Shown here in pieces: positions 38,345-48,274 of a stretch of 52,840 nt of DNA. The position numbers and the translations under genes are program-made. The DNA is from an uncultured virus (IMG/VR IMGVR_UViG_2061766007_000220) (lineage: Duplodnaviria; Heunggongvirae; Uroviricota; Caudoviricetes). The stretch's first letter is position 1. Every line of letters begins with the position of its first letter. The notes beneath the pieces were generated by a model. It made no database searches, was not told the DNA's origin, and saw only the letters and a program-made list of their open reading frames with translations. The DNA is taken from the IMG/VR virus record IMGVR_UViG_2061766007_000220; one strand, given 5' to 3'.

Positions 38345-40610
38345 ATGAGATTAACAGTAGGTACGAAGCCGAACAGAAACGGCAATTCAAGAAGAGTTAC
38401 ATTTGACACGAACACCAAGCGATTTTACACGGACGGCCGTGCCGATATTTATATCGATCTTCATGTAACGGCTANNNNNNNNNNNNNNNNNNNNNNNNNN
38501 NNNNNNNNNNNNNNNNNNNNNNNNNNNNNNNNNNNNNNNNNNNNNNNNNNNNNNNNNNNNNNNNNNNNNAACGGCAACATTCAAACGTAGCGGAGAAAAG
38601 CTGGTACGATCTATGAGTGAAAAGGCGCGGGCAGCTTATACAAATAATGACCCGTGCGAAGTATATCACAGCACGTTAACAGGAGAAGTCGTTATACGTG
38701 ACGGAAGCGGTTATGCGAGTTTCGACACGGCAGAAGAAGCAGAAAAGTATCTCGAATCAATAGCGTTATGGTACGCGGTTTTACGTGATGAGGACGACAC
38801 AGACCACGGAACAGGATCGTTTGACTACGCGGAAGCCGTCAAGATGGCAAAGGAANNNNNNNNNNCGGTGGCAATATGAGAGTAAGCGAGTTATTATCGA
38901 AAATGTGGTATCAGACAAAGATCATCCTTGTTAGGGAATCATCAAGTTATAAAGAATTGCATAGCGTTACGCAATTCAAGGCAATATGCGACTGGTGGGG
39001 TACGGTTTCNNNNNNNNNNGAACTTGAATCCTGGGGCGAGTTTGTTCTCCCGAAGAGCAAGTGCGAAGAAGCTGAATTGATACGGATTATGTGAAAGGTG
39101 GTGGCAATATGAGAGTGAGTGAGTTGTTATCGAAAATGTGGTATCAGACGAAGATTATCCTTGTTAGGGAATCATCAAGTTACAAAGAATTACATAGCGT
39201 TACTCAATTCAAGGCAATATGCGACTGGTGGGGTACGGTTTCGGACTTTGTAAATGTTGATTGTCCTAACAGACCCGACAAGGTGGTTAAAGGTTACGGA
39301 GTCGTAAACGGTTACATGGTAATCATTACAGAGTGAAAGGCAAGGTGATAATATGAGCGAAATCGAAATTGCAAGTGCATTGTACGAAATGGCGAGCGAT
39401 ATGGACTTTGCCGATTACATGGACACGAAAGAAGAAACAATCGACAGTATTGCTGACGAACTCAAAAACTGTCCTGTATTGAAGCAGATACTGGAGATCG
39501 TAGTAAGCGAAAGGGAAAGGTGAATGAAATGTTATTATATGATACTTATACGACGATAAACGGGGAAAAGAAGGCCGTTATAGCGCATAGCTTCGCAGGA
39601 TTACGCGAGATCGAATCGTTTGACAGACCGATGATAGATTATGCCGAATCAAACGTAATCAAGCTTGCCGTAAACGGAAAAAATTACAATGAACGGAGAG
39701 CATGTGTTGAAGAAATAGCGAAGGAATTTCAGAGGCAGGATGCTGAATTTAGTGGCGGTGGATTGTCCTACGGAGAATACCAAGCTATACAGACATGGTT
39801 TGAAAAGCAGGCGCGTAAATATGGACTTCTCAAAGTTTTCAGGAGCGAAGGAATTATTTGATAGAGGGGTGATCATATGAAAATTCACGAAGAAATGGTG
39901 TTGAAGTTTAGTTATCCCTTTGAAATGATAATCGAAGCTGAAAAGCTCGCTGAATTGCTTAAAAGCAAAGGCTTTAAGTTTATTTTATTCAAAGGCGAAG
40001 AATATTGGAAGCACGAGTTTATCGTCAGGAAGCATAAGGACTACACATGGAATGAAACTATGAGAATAATCAATAGCGTTCGCGCTCCGAGGTGCAAAAA
40101 GTTTAAGACATTGTTTGACGATGAAGATCGAGAGGTGATTGTATGTCATGCGTAGATTGTAAATATAGAGTAAAAGACTACTCGACCGGAACAGAGGATT
40201 GTATGATGTACGATGAAATGACCGAAGAAGAAACGCAGACCTACTGGGTGGACGGTGGCGGCGGTTGCCCGTACTACGAAGAGGATAACTACGATATGTT
40301 TGCCGAAGACGAGGGACTTTGGACATTTTACGAAAGCGAGGAAAATTAAATGATTATATTTTCACAGAACAAGGAAAACATTGTAAACTTTGACAATGCA
40401 AGCCAGGCTTTTCTCGAAGAGGTTGCACCGTTCGGAGAGTATGAGATCGTTATTTCGGCAAGCGCAAGGGGCGCGAATATCAAGGTTGGAAGATACAAGG
40501 ACAAGGACAGTGCCAAGTATGTTTTACGCCAGGTTATGAATTGCATCACCAAGAGCAGAGAGTTTTTCTTTATGCCGGATTATGACGGAGAAAGGAGCAT
40601 GGATGTTTAA
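38345..40610 (+). CDS. Run of small hypothetical early genes (38345-, 38613-, 39109-39336, 39353-39523, 39520-39861, 39877-40155, 40143-40349, 40350-40610)
   Basis: Tightly packed plus-strand ORFs with AAAGG/GAGGTG RBSs; several cut or duplicated by gaps. Confidence 0.65.
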
Positions 40611-41650
40611 CTGTGCGGAACGTGACCCGATTTACAACTTGAAACCATATGACTACATGACGTGCAACCCGCACACATTGATCGGTGGTTCGACCGGTTG
40701 CGGAAAGTCGGTAATGATTGATGTAATCATGTATTCACTGCTGACAGATAAAGAGCGAGGAGCATCACCGTTGTTTTACCTTATCGACCCGAAGCGCGTC
40801 AGTCTTGTAAAATACCGTGGGATATACGGAGTTAAACGGTATGGTTGCGAATACTCGGAGAGTAAAGACATTCTCGAAGAGGTTATTCGTCAGATGGAAT
40901 ACCGCTATAAGATAATGCAGCAACGCGGAGAAGTCCTGATTAATGCGGTTGACGTATATGTGGTGATTGACGAGTTAGCAGACCTACTCACAATGCCGCA
41001 GAGCCGAAAAGANNNNNNNNNNTATGATTGATGTTATCATGTATTCACTCTTGACAGACAGAGAGCGTGGAGCATCACCATTGTTTTACCTGATCGACCC
41101 GAAGCGCGTCAGCCTTGTTAAATACCGTGGGATATACGGAGTTAAACGGTATGGTTGCGAATATTCGGAGAGTAAAGATATTCTCGAAGAGGTTATCCGT
41201 CAGATGGAGTATCGTTATAAAGTAATGCAACAACGTGGAGAAACGTTTATAAGTGCGGTTGACGTATATGTTGTGATTGATGAGTTGGCAGACCTACTCA
41301 CAATGCCACAGAGCAGAAAGGAAATAAAACCGCTCATTCAGAGGATCGCTCAACTCGGAAGAGCAGCGCGAATACATTTGATCGCAGCTACGCAGTGTCC
41401 GGCAAGAAAGATCATTCCCGCAGAATTGACCCTGAATTTCACCGAAAAGGTTGCTCTTAAATGCGACACGGCCATTGAATCAAGGCAGCTTATCGGAGTT
41501 TCTGGAGCAGAGCAGATCAATCAATATGGAATTGCGTACTTGCGAACCAAAGGCAAATTGCATAAAATAGAAGTGCCGATGATACCCGACCATGAAATAC
41601 AAAGGGCGGTTGACTACCTGAAATGCAACGCACATTTGCGAATCGTTTGA
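40603..41650 (+). CDS. Stand-alone FtsK/SpoIIIE-family ATPase domain (duplicated segment at a gap)
   Basis: PHTLIGGSTGCGKS, YLIDPK, VVIDELADL, RIAQLGRAARIHLIAATQ, SRQLIG..GAEQ. Confidence 0.9.
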
Positions 41651-41664
41651 AAGGAGTGTTGATT

Positions 41665-41802
41665 ATGTCAATATGGGAAATGTTAGGAGTGGCATGGGTG
41701 ACAGTGTTTGAAGTGTTTTTGGTGATCGGAGTACCGATAATCATATTGGAGATTATCGTAGTTACCATACATGAGATTATCAAAAGGAGAAAGAAGAAAT
41801 GA
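41665..41802 (+). CDS. Small single-pass membrane protein (45 aa)
   Basis: AAGGAG RBS; MSIWEMLGVAWVTVFEVFLVIGVPIIILEIIVV...KRRKKK. Confidence 0.65.
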   Translation: MSIWEMLGVAWVTVFEVFLVIGVPIIILEIIVVTIHEIIKRRKKK

Positions 41803-42092
41803 GTTATCGAGTTTACAGAATCCAAGAGCCGGAAGAATGGGGAATGACCGTTCACATTTTGTCGGGCGAATCGTGGGAAGAAATATCCGAAGAGATAACC
41901 GCTGACATTATACCGCTACTCGACGAAGCAATACCAAACGCAGCGGAGTTTTGGAAAAAAGCATATGTTGAGTATCTCGGAGTATCGCAAACAAAAGGAA
42001 TAAACCCTACAGAATGGGCATATAAAAGACCGCTGAAAAGAAGAGAAGTTGACAGTTACGGAGCTGCCAAGTGGGTAGCGTGTTACAGATAG
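41799..42092 (+). CDS. Hypothetical protein
   Basis: AAGGAG RBS; ATGA overlap. Confidence 0.65.
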   Translation: MSYRVYRIQEPEEWGMTVHILSGESWEEISEEITADIIPLLDEAIPNAAEFWKKAYVEYLGVSQTKGINPTEWAYKRPLKRREVDSYGAAKWVACYR

Positions 42093-42622
42093 GAGTTCCT
42101 ATGTATATTACGCTGACAGAATTGCAAGCCATAAAAGACGGACTTGATCTAATATATTACTGTGACGACTTACCCGAAGATAAAAGATTGATATTCAGGA
42201 AAGCACTAAGCACTCACGAACTGATTTTAGGGCGAACCAAGATAGAACATGAGCGCAGAAGAATCAGGCAGAATAAAAAGCGACAGTCAAGAAAATTGAC
42301 CGGAGCAACGTGGAAAAGATATAGTTTACAAATAGGGGAAAACACGCCACTCATTTACTTTGACGACCCCAAGGAAATCGAAGAACAGTTTGGAATAAGA
42401 ATTAAAAACAAATATGCTTGTGCGTGGGAAAGAGAAATAAGGCGACAGTTAGGGCGCGTTGACGTTTGGATTGTTGCCCAGGACAACAACAAGGTCCGAC
42501 ACGCAAAAGAAAAGAAAGCAGATAAAGACGCTGGAATTATTCGTAAACCCGGAGTGTGGAAGAAAAAGAAACCTGAAATATGCAGTGGAGTAGTTCTTCC
42601 CGACTTAACAAACGACAACTAA
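42071..42622 (+). CDS. Basic hypothetical protein (3' end repeated in three haplotype copies to 43076)
   Basis: 183-aa ORF; probable start ~42101 after AGGAG. Confidence 0.65.
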   Translation: MGSVLQIGVPMYITLTELQAIKDGLDLIYYCDDLPEDKRLIFRKALSTHELILGRTKIEHERRRIRQNKKRQSRKLTGATWKRYSLQIGENTPLIYFDDPKEIEEQFGIRIKNKYACAWEREIRRQLGRVDVWIVAQDNNKVRHAKEKKADKDAGIIRKPGVWKKKKPEICSGVVLPDLTNDN

Positions 42623-43193
42623 CTATTACTGGNNNNNNNNNNTGCTCAGGACAATAACAAGGTTAGACACGCAAAAGAAAAGAAAGCAGATAAAGACGCG
42701 GGAATTATTCGTAATTACGGATCGGGGAAGAAAAAGAAATCCGAAATATTCAGTGGAGTAGTTCTTCCCGACTTAACAAACGACAACTAACTATTACTGG
42801 ACATATACCTACCTTTCTGCAAAAGCGTGACGCGATAAAAAGTGTTGCGCTTTTTGCTTTGTTCAAAAGTGCTTGTTTTGTTTTTGTTTATATGTTACAA
42901 TAAGTCTGNNNNNNNNNNCGCCCAGGACAATAACAAGGTCAGACACGCAAAAGAAAAGAAAGCAGATAAAGACGCGGGAATTATTCGTAANNNNNNNNNN
43001 ACCCGGAGGGTGGAAGAAAAAGAAACCTGAAATATGCAGCGGAGTAGTTCTTCCCGACTTGACTAACGACAACTAACCATTACTGGACATATACCTACCT
43101 TTCTGCAAAAGCGTGACGCGGTAAAAAGTGTTGCGCTTTTTGCGTTGTTCAAAAGTGCTTGTTTTGTTTTTGTTTATATGTTACAATAAGTCT

Positions 43194-43277
43194 GTAACCG
43201 GTTGGTTGCACCAATATATCACACATACTTCTGTCCAATTCGAGAGCGAAGCATCCGCAAGGGTGCTTTTCTCTTTT
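43194..43277 (+). ncRNA. Candidate small RNA
   Basis: Promoter TTGTTT-17-TACAAT with extended TG (43159-43187) and terminator AAGCATCC-GCAA-GGGTGCTT..TTTT; no credible ORF between them. Confidence 0.45.
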
Positions 43278-43402
43278 GTGCTTAAATGCCTTTGCAAGCG
43301 CACAGAGCGCCCATATTCGGCTTCAAATCATTTCAGTGGTAAATTGTGCCACTTTGAAATAAAGAGCCTTTAAAGGGCAAATTTGAGCGTTTGTCAAAAA
43401 AG

Positions 43403-43432
43403 AAAAAACCGCCCAATTAAGGACGGTCTTTT
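43403..43432. terminator. Bidirectional terminator between the convergent operons
   Basis: AAAAAACCGCCC-aattaa-GGACGGTCTTTT. Confidence 0.6.
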
Positions 43433-43466
43433 CTAAGGAGCGTCTATATGATTGAAAAGAAGTGTG

Positions 43467-44113
43467 TCAAATCTCAGCGGAATATTCCCGAAGCACCTTT
43501 GCAATTTCGCTTTTTTTTGTTTCGGTGCTTGCAATATCGTGTTCCATGCCACGCTCAAAAACCTTAATGAGAATTTCTGAAAAGGCATCCACAGCTTCGG
43601 CTGTAACCGGCATTTCACTCGCGGGATGCACGATCTTTTCAAGACGTTCGAGTTTCTCATTGATCTTATCGGCAAGTTTCTGCTGCGGATAGATAATCGT
43701 GAGTTCGGTGAACGTGATAAACACGTCTGCAAGTTCCTCGTAAACATTGTCTGTAAAGGCATCATCTTCCGCGTAACGATCTTTTAAAAGAGCCTGAGCG
43801 AGNNNNNNNNNNCTGTAACCGGCATTTCACTCACGGGATGTACGATCTTTTCAAGACGTTCGAATTTCTCATTGATCTTATCGACAAGTTTCTGGTGCGG
43901 ATAGATGAAGAACAATTCGTTGAGCGTGATAAACACGTCTGCAAGTTCTTCATAAACATTGTCGGTAAAGGCATCATCTTCCGCGTAACGATCTTTTAAA
44001 AGAGCCTGAGCGAGTTCGCCCATTTCCTCGATAGCCTTATCAATCTGTCTTTCGTGTCCGAACTTTTCAACAGTTTCCTGGAGAAGTTCTATCTGTTTAT
44101 GACTTAAAATCAT
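43467..44113 (-). CDS. MazG-like nucleotide pyrophosphohydrolase (duplicated at a gap)
   Basis: FGHERQIDKAIEEMGELAQAL...EELADV. Confidence 0.75.
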
Positions 44114-44288
44114 TTCTTATTCCCCCTTGATTCATAATCTGTCTGTTCCATGCGTCAATAGCCGATTCTGCACATCTCATTGTTTCAGAGCGTTTTCCGC
44201 ATTCTCGGCAGCGGACGATAAACCATGTACCGTAATAAACGACAATGTTCGGTTTGCATCCGCAAGCGCAAAGTTCAAGTTCACTCAC
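44097..44288 (-). CDS. Lar-family (restriction alleviation-like) zinc-finger protein
   Basis: MSELELCACG...VRCRECG...ESAIDAWN. Confidence 0.7.
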   Translation of the reverse strand: MSELELCACGCKPNIVVYYGTWFIVRCRECGKRSETMRCAESAIDAWNRQIMNQGGIRNDFKS

Positions 44289-44578
44289 TCTTCTTTGTCC
44301 TCTTTTTGAGCAGCTTGTTCATCAAGACAAGCCACAATCACAAAACAAATGTCCGTTTCCAAGTCCTTGACGATTCCATCGATGATCTCTTCTGCGATTT
44401 CTGCCCTCATCTTGCCGATAATGGTTTTTTGTGCATCTTCATCAAAGACTACGTGTGTTTTAAGTTGATTGGCAACAAGGTTTTGTACCTCGCGCATACC
44501 GGCAACAAACGCTTTGTTATCGCCTTTTAACTCTTCTTCCTTGTACTCTCCTGAGTGTACTTTGTGGACGTAATCCAT
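44285..44578 (-). CDS. Hypothetical protein
   Basis: 97 aa; GGGAG RBS. Confidence 0.65.
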   Translation of the reverse strand: MDYVHKVHSGEYKEEELKGDNKAFVAGMREVQNLVANQLKTHVVFDEDAQKTIIGKMRAEIAEEIIDGIVKDLETDICFVIVACLDEQAAQKEDKEE

Positions 44579-44599
44579 ATCTTTTTCTCCCTTCTTTGA

Positions 44600-45345
44600 T
44601 TATATATTGCCGCTGCTGCTTTTTTCAAGTGCAAATTGTTCGGTTTTTTCGATTAGTTGAGGTTGCTTCATTCCGTTTGCGATAAAGGCTTTTTTGTCTG
44701 ATTCGCAAATCCCTTTGTAGGCTTTGACAAATAAAGCGCGTTCAACAGATTCGTTAAAGTCTGAGCTGCTCGCCCACATATGTAACTGCCAAGGACTTCC
44801 AAGATAAGTCTGTAGGGATTTTGGCAACTTTTCATACTCTTCTTTGTAACTGTCAATGCCTTTCTTGACCGCTTGCATCAGCATTTCCCAAGCCTTGCCC
44901 TCTGGAACAACATCTGTTTCGCACAAACTATATGCCGTGTCGATCAGCTGCCCTGTAGTCGGAGCAAAGCCGCTCGTGTTCGTCCTCGCAAAGTGTTGAA
45001 GTGCTTTCATGATTAACAGTCTGTCGTATGGTTCGAGTAGTGCCGCCCATACTGTAACGGTAGCGGTCTTATCGGGAACATTGAAGTTTGGATAGAGTGC
45101 TTGCATNNNNNNNNNNCTGTTTCGCACAAACTATATGCCGCGTCGATCAACTGCCCTGTAGTCGGAGCAAAACCGCTTGTGTTAGTCCTCGCAAAATGTT
45201 GAAGTGCTTTCATAATTAAAGGCCTGTCATATGGTTCGAGCAGAGCCGCCCATACTGTGACGGTAGCGGTCTTATCGGGAACATTGAAGTTTGGATAGAG
45301 TGCTTGCATAGTGGCAAGCAGTTTCTGTGTATCTTCTCTTGTCAT
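44600..45345 (-). CDS. Replicative helicase loader/inhibitor (SPP1 G39P-like)
   Basis: MTREDTQKLLATMQALYPNF...VWAALLEPYD...NTSGFAPTTGQL. Confidence 0.8.
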
Positions 45346-45719
45346 GCGTTCCCCCATTCGTCAACAATAGAGCGTTTCATACGCTTCGGAAAAACGCCCG
45401 TATAGCCGTTTCTCATGGCTTCTTCAAGCGCAAGTATAGATTCTTCCGCAGTAAACTTGTTAAGGGTGTTTACGGTCATTTTAATGCTTCTCTCGGTCAT
45501 GGCATTATGCTTGTCGTGCTTGCGATATTCAATAAACTTCTGAAAACACGCTTCAAGTTCTGTACTGTTCGGGAAATAGCAAATGTTCTCCATCTGTTCC
45601 GGTTCTTTCTTTACAACCTTTTTCTTAGTGCGGAGTTCGGAAACCTCTTGTCTTATCTGCTCTATTTCTTTCAGCACTTCCTGCAAGGCATCAAAAATCA
45701 TTTGATTCGTCACTTCCAT
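45342..45719 (-). CDS. Replication-associated protein (DnaD/replisome-organiser C-terminal-like)
   Basis: FQKFIEYRK...MTERSIK..VNTL...EEAMRNGYTGVF; directly upstream of the G39P-like gene. Confidence 0.6.
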   Translation of the reverse strand: MEVTNQMIFDALQEVLKEIEQIRQEVSELRTKKKVVKKEPEQMENICYFPNSTELEACFQKFIEYRKHDKHNAMTERSIKMTVNTLNKFTAEESILALEEAMRNGYTGVFPKRMKRSIVDEWGNA

Positions 45720-46478
45720 AATCCTCTTCCTCTTCAATCTCGCACCCGTAATAGCCAATGCACCATTCATCGGGTTCGGTGTGTTCTTGTGTAAGACAAC
45801 ATATTCCGTCATCATCTCTATGAAAACACGTATCACATCTCGTCATTGTTCTCGCCCTTTCTCGGACACCATGCCGGAGTGTTAGCGTTATCGGGTTTGT
45901 TGGAGTAAAAGTTCCCTCTCCCAATATACCCGACTTGACTTTTGAGTTTGTGTGAAACAAAATATCTCAAAATCTGTCTTTGGTTAGGATGTCGGCAGAA
46001 ATACGTCCGAAACTTTAACGTGCCGTTCTTTGCGGCAGAAGAACCGGTTTTGCAAAATTCACAATCTCTACAATCCATAATCTCACCTCACTTAAACGGA
46101 AGCACATCGTCCTTATCCGATTTGTTATCAGGAAAGTGTCGGTAACTCCAGGACTTCTTGAAGTCGTATCTGTCTTTGACGTTAAGGACTGTGTTGATCG
46201 TTTCTCCTACGGCAATAACGCCCACAAACATAAGCAAGAGTATATCAATCATTCTTTTCATCTCCTTTCGCCTTTTGCGTTTCTCTAAGAAAGTCCTCGA
46301 AAGACTTGTCGGCTTCATCAAGCGAAGAAATAAATTTTGTTGTGCCGTCATCAATAGCCTTTGATAACTGCTCTGCCATCTTCGCGTTTCTGTGAGCTGC
46401 TATCATCTGAGCAGTAAATTCGATGACCTTGCAAAATGTCATTACCACAAGGCAACAAGCAATAATCCTCAGTTCCAT
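45691..46478 (-). CDS. Small hypothetical genes (45691-45846, 45833-46078, 46088-46261, 46245-46478)
   Basis: Overlapping short ORFs with RBSs; two are Cys-rich, two have a TM-like N-terminus. Confidence 0.55.
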
Positions 46479-46491
46479 TTTGTCCTTCCTT

Positions 46492-47337
46492 TCATTCCAT
46501 GATTATAGTGTTCTTGTCAACGTTTGCAATGCTTATGTTCTTGTTTCCTTTGGGTTCGAGCAAATCAACTTTTCCACCGGAAATAAGGTGTGCTATCTTT
46601 TTCTTGCCGATCAAAATATTCCCCGAAGATGACCGAATTTCACAATCCTTAAATCCGTAGAGTCGAATGTCGTTGCCAAGGGTATCGATGTCGCAATTGA
46701 TAATTCGGACATCCTCGTGATACTTTCCGTTGTAGGATACTGTGTGTGTTCCGATTCCGTTGGGGCAGTTCCGGATATAACACTTTGAGATATGTATATC
46801 CTTGCAGTGCGTTCCATCGTAACAAGGCGAGTCGGGTTTTGCTCCCTTAACTTTGAGTCCGTCATAGTTGGCAAAATCGATCTGTATAGCCTCGCGGAAA
46901 GTGTCTTTGCCTTTAGACGTTTGATCTCTGATGATGCAATCAGAAAGAGCAACGCCCGCGCAAGCATTTACCTCGATAGAGTGCATACCTCTGCAACCAA
47001 CTATAGCCACCGACCTAAAGGCAATATTCTTTCCGTGAAAAAGAGATATAACGTTCGCGTTCTCGTTGCGAGTACCGGCAAAAAACTTTCCTTTTCTCCA
47101 ACTGACATCATGTGTTCCATTATAGCCTTTTGTATCTGGCGTAACGTAAAGCTGCAACATTCTACCTTTGTGAGCGCGAATAAAGCTTACGTCCTCTCCG
47201 CACACAACGTCGGTGTTACTGTGAAGCACAAGACATTCCGTCAGTACATATTCTCCCGACTCAAAAACAAACTCTCCACCCTTTTTCAAGGCATTGTTTA
47301 TCTGCTTTGTAGAATAACTCGGCTTAATCGTTACCAT
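46492..47337 (-). CDS. Right-handed beta-helix (pectin-lyase-like) protein
   Basis: GEYVLTECLVLHSNT, HGKNIAF..V.I..C...HSIEVNAC, REAIQID, YDGTHCKDIHISKC, GIGTH. Confidence 0.75.
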   Translation of the reverse strand: MVTIKPSYSTKQINNALKKGGEFVFESGEYVLTECLVLHSNTDVVCGEDVSFIRAHKGRMLQLYVTPDTKGYNGTHDVSWRKGKFFAGTRNENANVISLFHGKNIAFRSVAIVGCRGMHSIEVNACAGVALSDCIIRDQTSKGKDTFREAIQIDFANYDGLKVKGAKPDSPCYDGTHCKDIHISKCYIRNCPNGIGTHTVSYNGKYHEDVRIINCDIDTLGNDIRLYGFKDCEIRSSSGNILIGKKKIAHLISGGKVDLLEPKGNKNISIANVDKNTIIME

Positions 47338-47524
47338 TGTTCTTGCCCCTTTCCTTGTCGTACTTCTCCTGTAGCTTCTTTTCTATGCGTTCTTCACGCT
47401 TTTTGCGTCTATTTGCCACCTTGCCCGATATGCGTGCAACAATGATAATAAATAGCAGTCCGGCAACTCCTACGCCCAGCGCGACTAATCCTATAACATC
47501 TTCAAGTGTGTAAACAAATGTCAT
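47324..47524 (-). CDS. Small membrane protein
   Basis: TM helix followed by a basic tail. Confidence 0.6.
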   Translation of the reverse strand: MTFVYTLEDVIGLVALGVGVAGLLFIIIVARISGKVANRRKKREERIEKKLQEKYDKERGKNNGND

Positions 47525-47530
47525 TCTGTC

Positions 47531-48271
47531 TTACTCCTTTTCTTTAGGTAAATGTACAAACATCTTCGACGCCTGATGCTCTGTGTCGTCGTCAGCCTTG
47601 TTCGCGTAATTCGCTGTTATCGACTCTATCGCAAGGTAGATACCCATAACAATAAAATAATCCTGCTGATTAGACACGTTGTATTTGGCGCTCATTTGGT
47701 ACAGATCGTTCTGAATCTTCTTGCATAACTCGCGCTCTCTTTCATGTTCGGTATCGTTTCGGTCAGTGCCGCCCGTAATATCTTCGATACTTATAACACG
47801 TTTAGTTCCGTCCGTAAGAGTAAACGTGACTTCTGTGGCAGTCTCGGCTATAGATTCAATTCGGGTTTTTGCTTTAAGTTCTTCTTCGACTGCTTTGGAT
47901 TTCAAGAATTTGTTGTAAGCACTCCATGCTTCTACTCCGGAGAAATTCTTGAGGATGTGTTCAGACGAATATGAATAATCATCAAACGCTTTACACATAT
48001 CAGCGACTGACATTCCACCATCAGATTCACACAGTACAACTTTCTTTGCCAAATCCCAAGCGTCATTAAGAGCCTTGTTATAAGACCCTAACGAACTTTC
48101 GGTCAAACTCCGACGGCCTTCTTTTAAGCCAAGTGCATAATATTTTGTAAATTCTTCCTGTGCCGTTTTCAACTTCTTTAACCCGCTCGCGTCAAACACA
48201 AGCGTATTAAACCCTTTTGCCTTATACAAACCGTTAAAAGGCGTGTCCTTAAGTTCGATAATGTATTTCAT
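47531..48271 (-). CDS. Hypothetical protein
   Basis: LYKAKGFNTLVFDASGLKKL, a conserved-looking phage motif; AAGGAG RBS. Confidence 0.7.
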   Translation of the reverse strand: MKYIIELKDTPFNGLYKAKGFNTLVFDASGLKKLKTAQEEFTKYYALGLKEGRRSLTESSLGSYNKALNDAWDLAKKVVLCESDGGMSVADMCKAFDDYSYSSEHILKNFSGVEAWSAYNKFLKSKAVEEELKAKTRIESIAETATEVTFTLTDGTKRVISIEDITGGTDRNDTEHERERELCKKIQNDLYQMSAKYNVSNQQDYFIVMGIYLAIESITANYANKADDDTEHQASKMFVHLPKEKE

Positions 48272-48274
48272 ACT

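Noticed and set aside
43073..43103. Minus-strand RBS plus ATG (MSSNG-stop); the plus strand is complementary to the RBS of the first early gene (GAAAGGTAGGTA)
   Set aside because: Only five codons and a 12-nt match to a generic RBS-like sequence; cannot be distinguished from chance or a gene remnant
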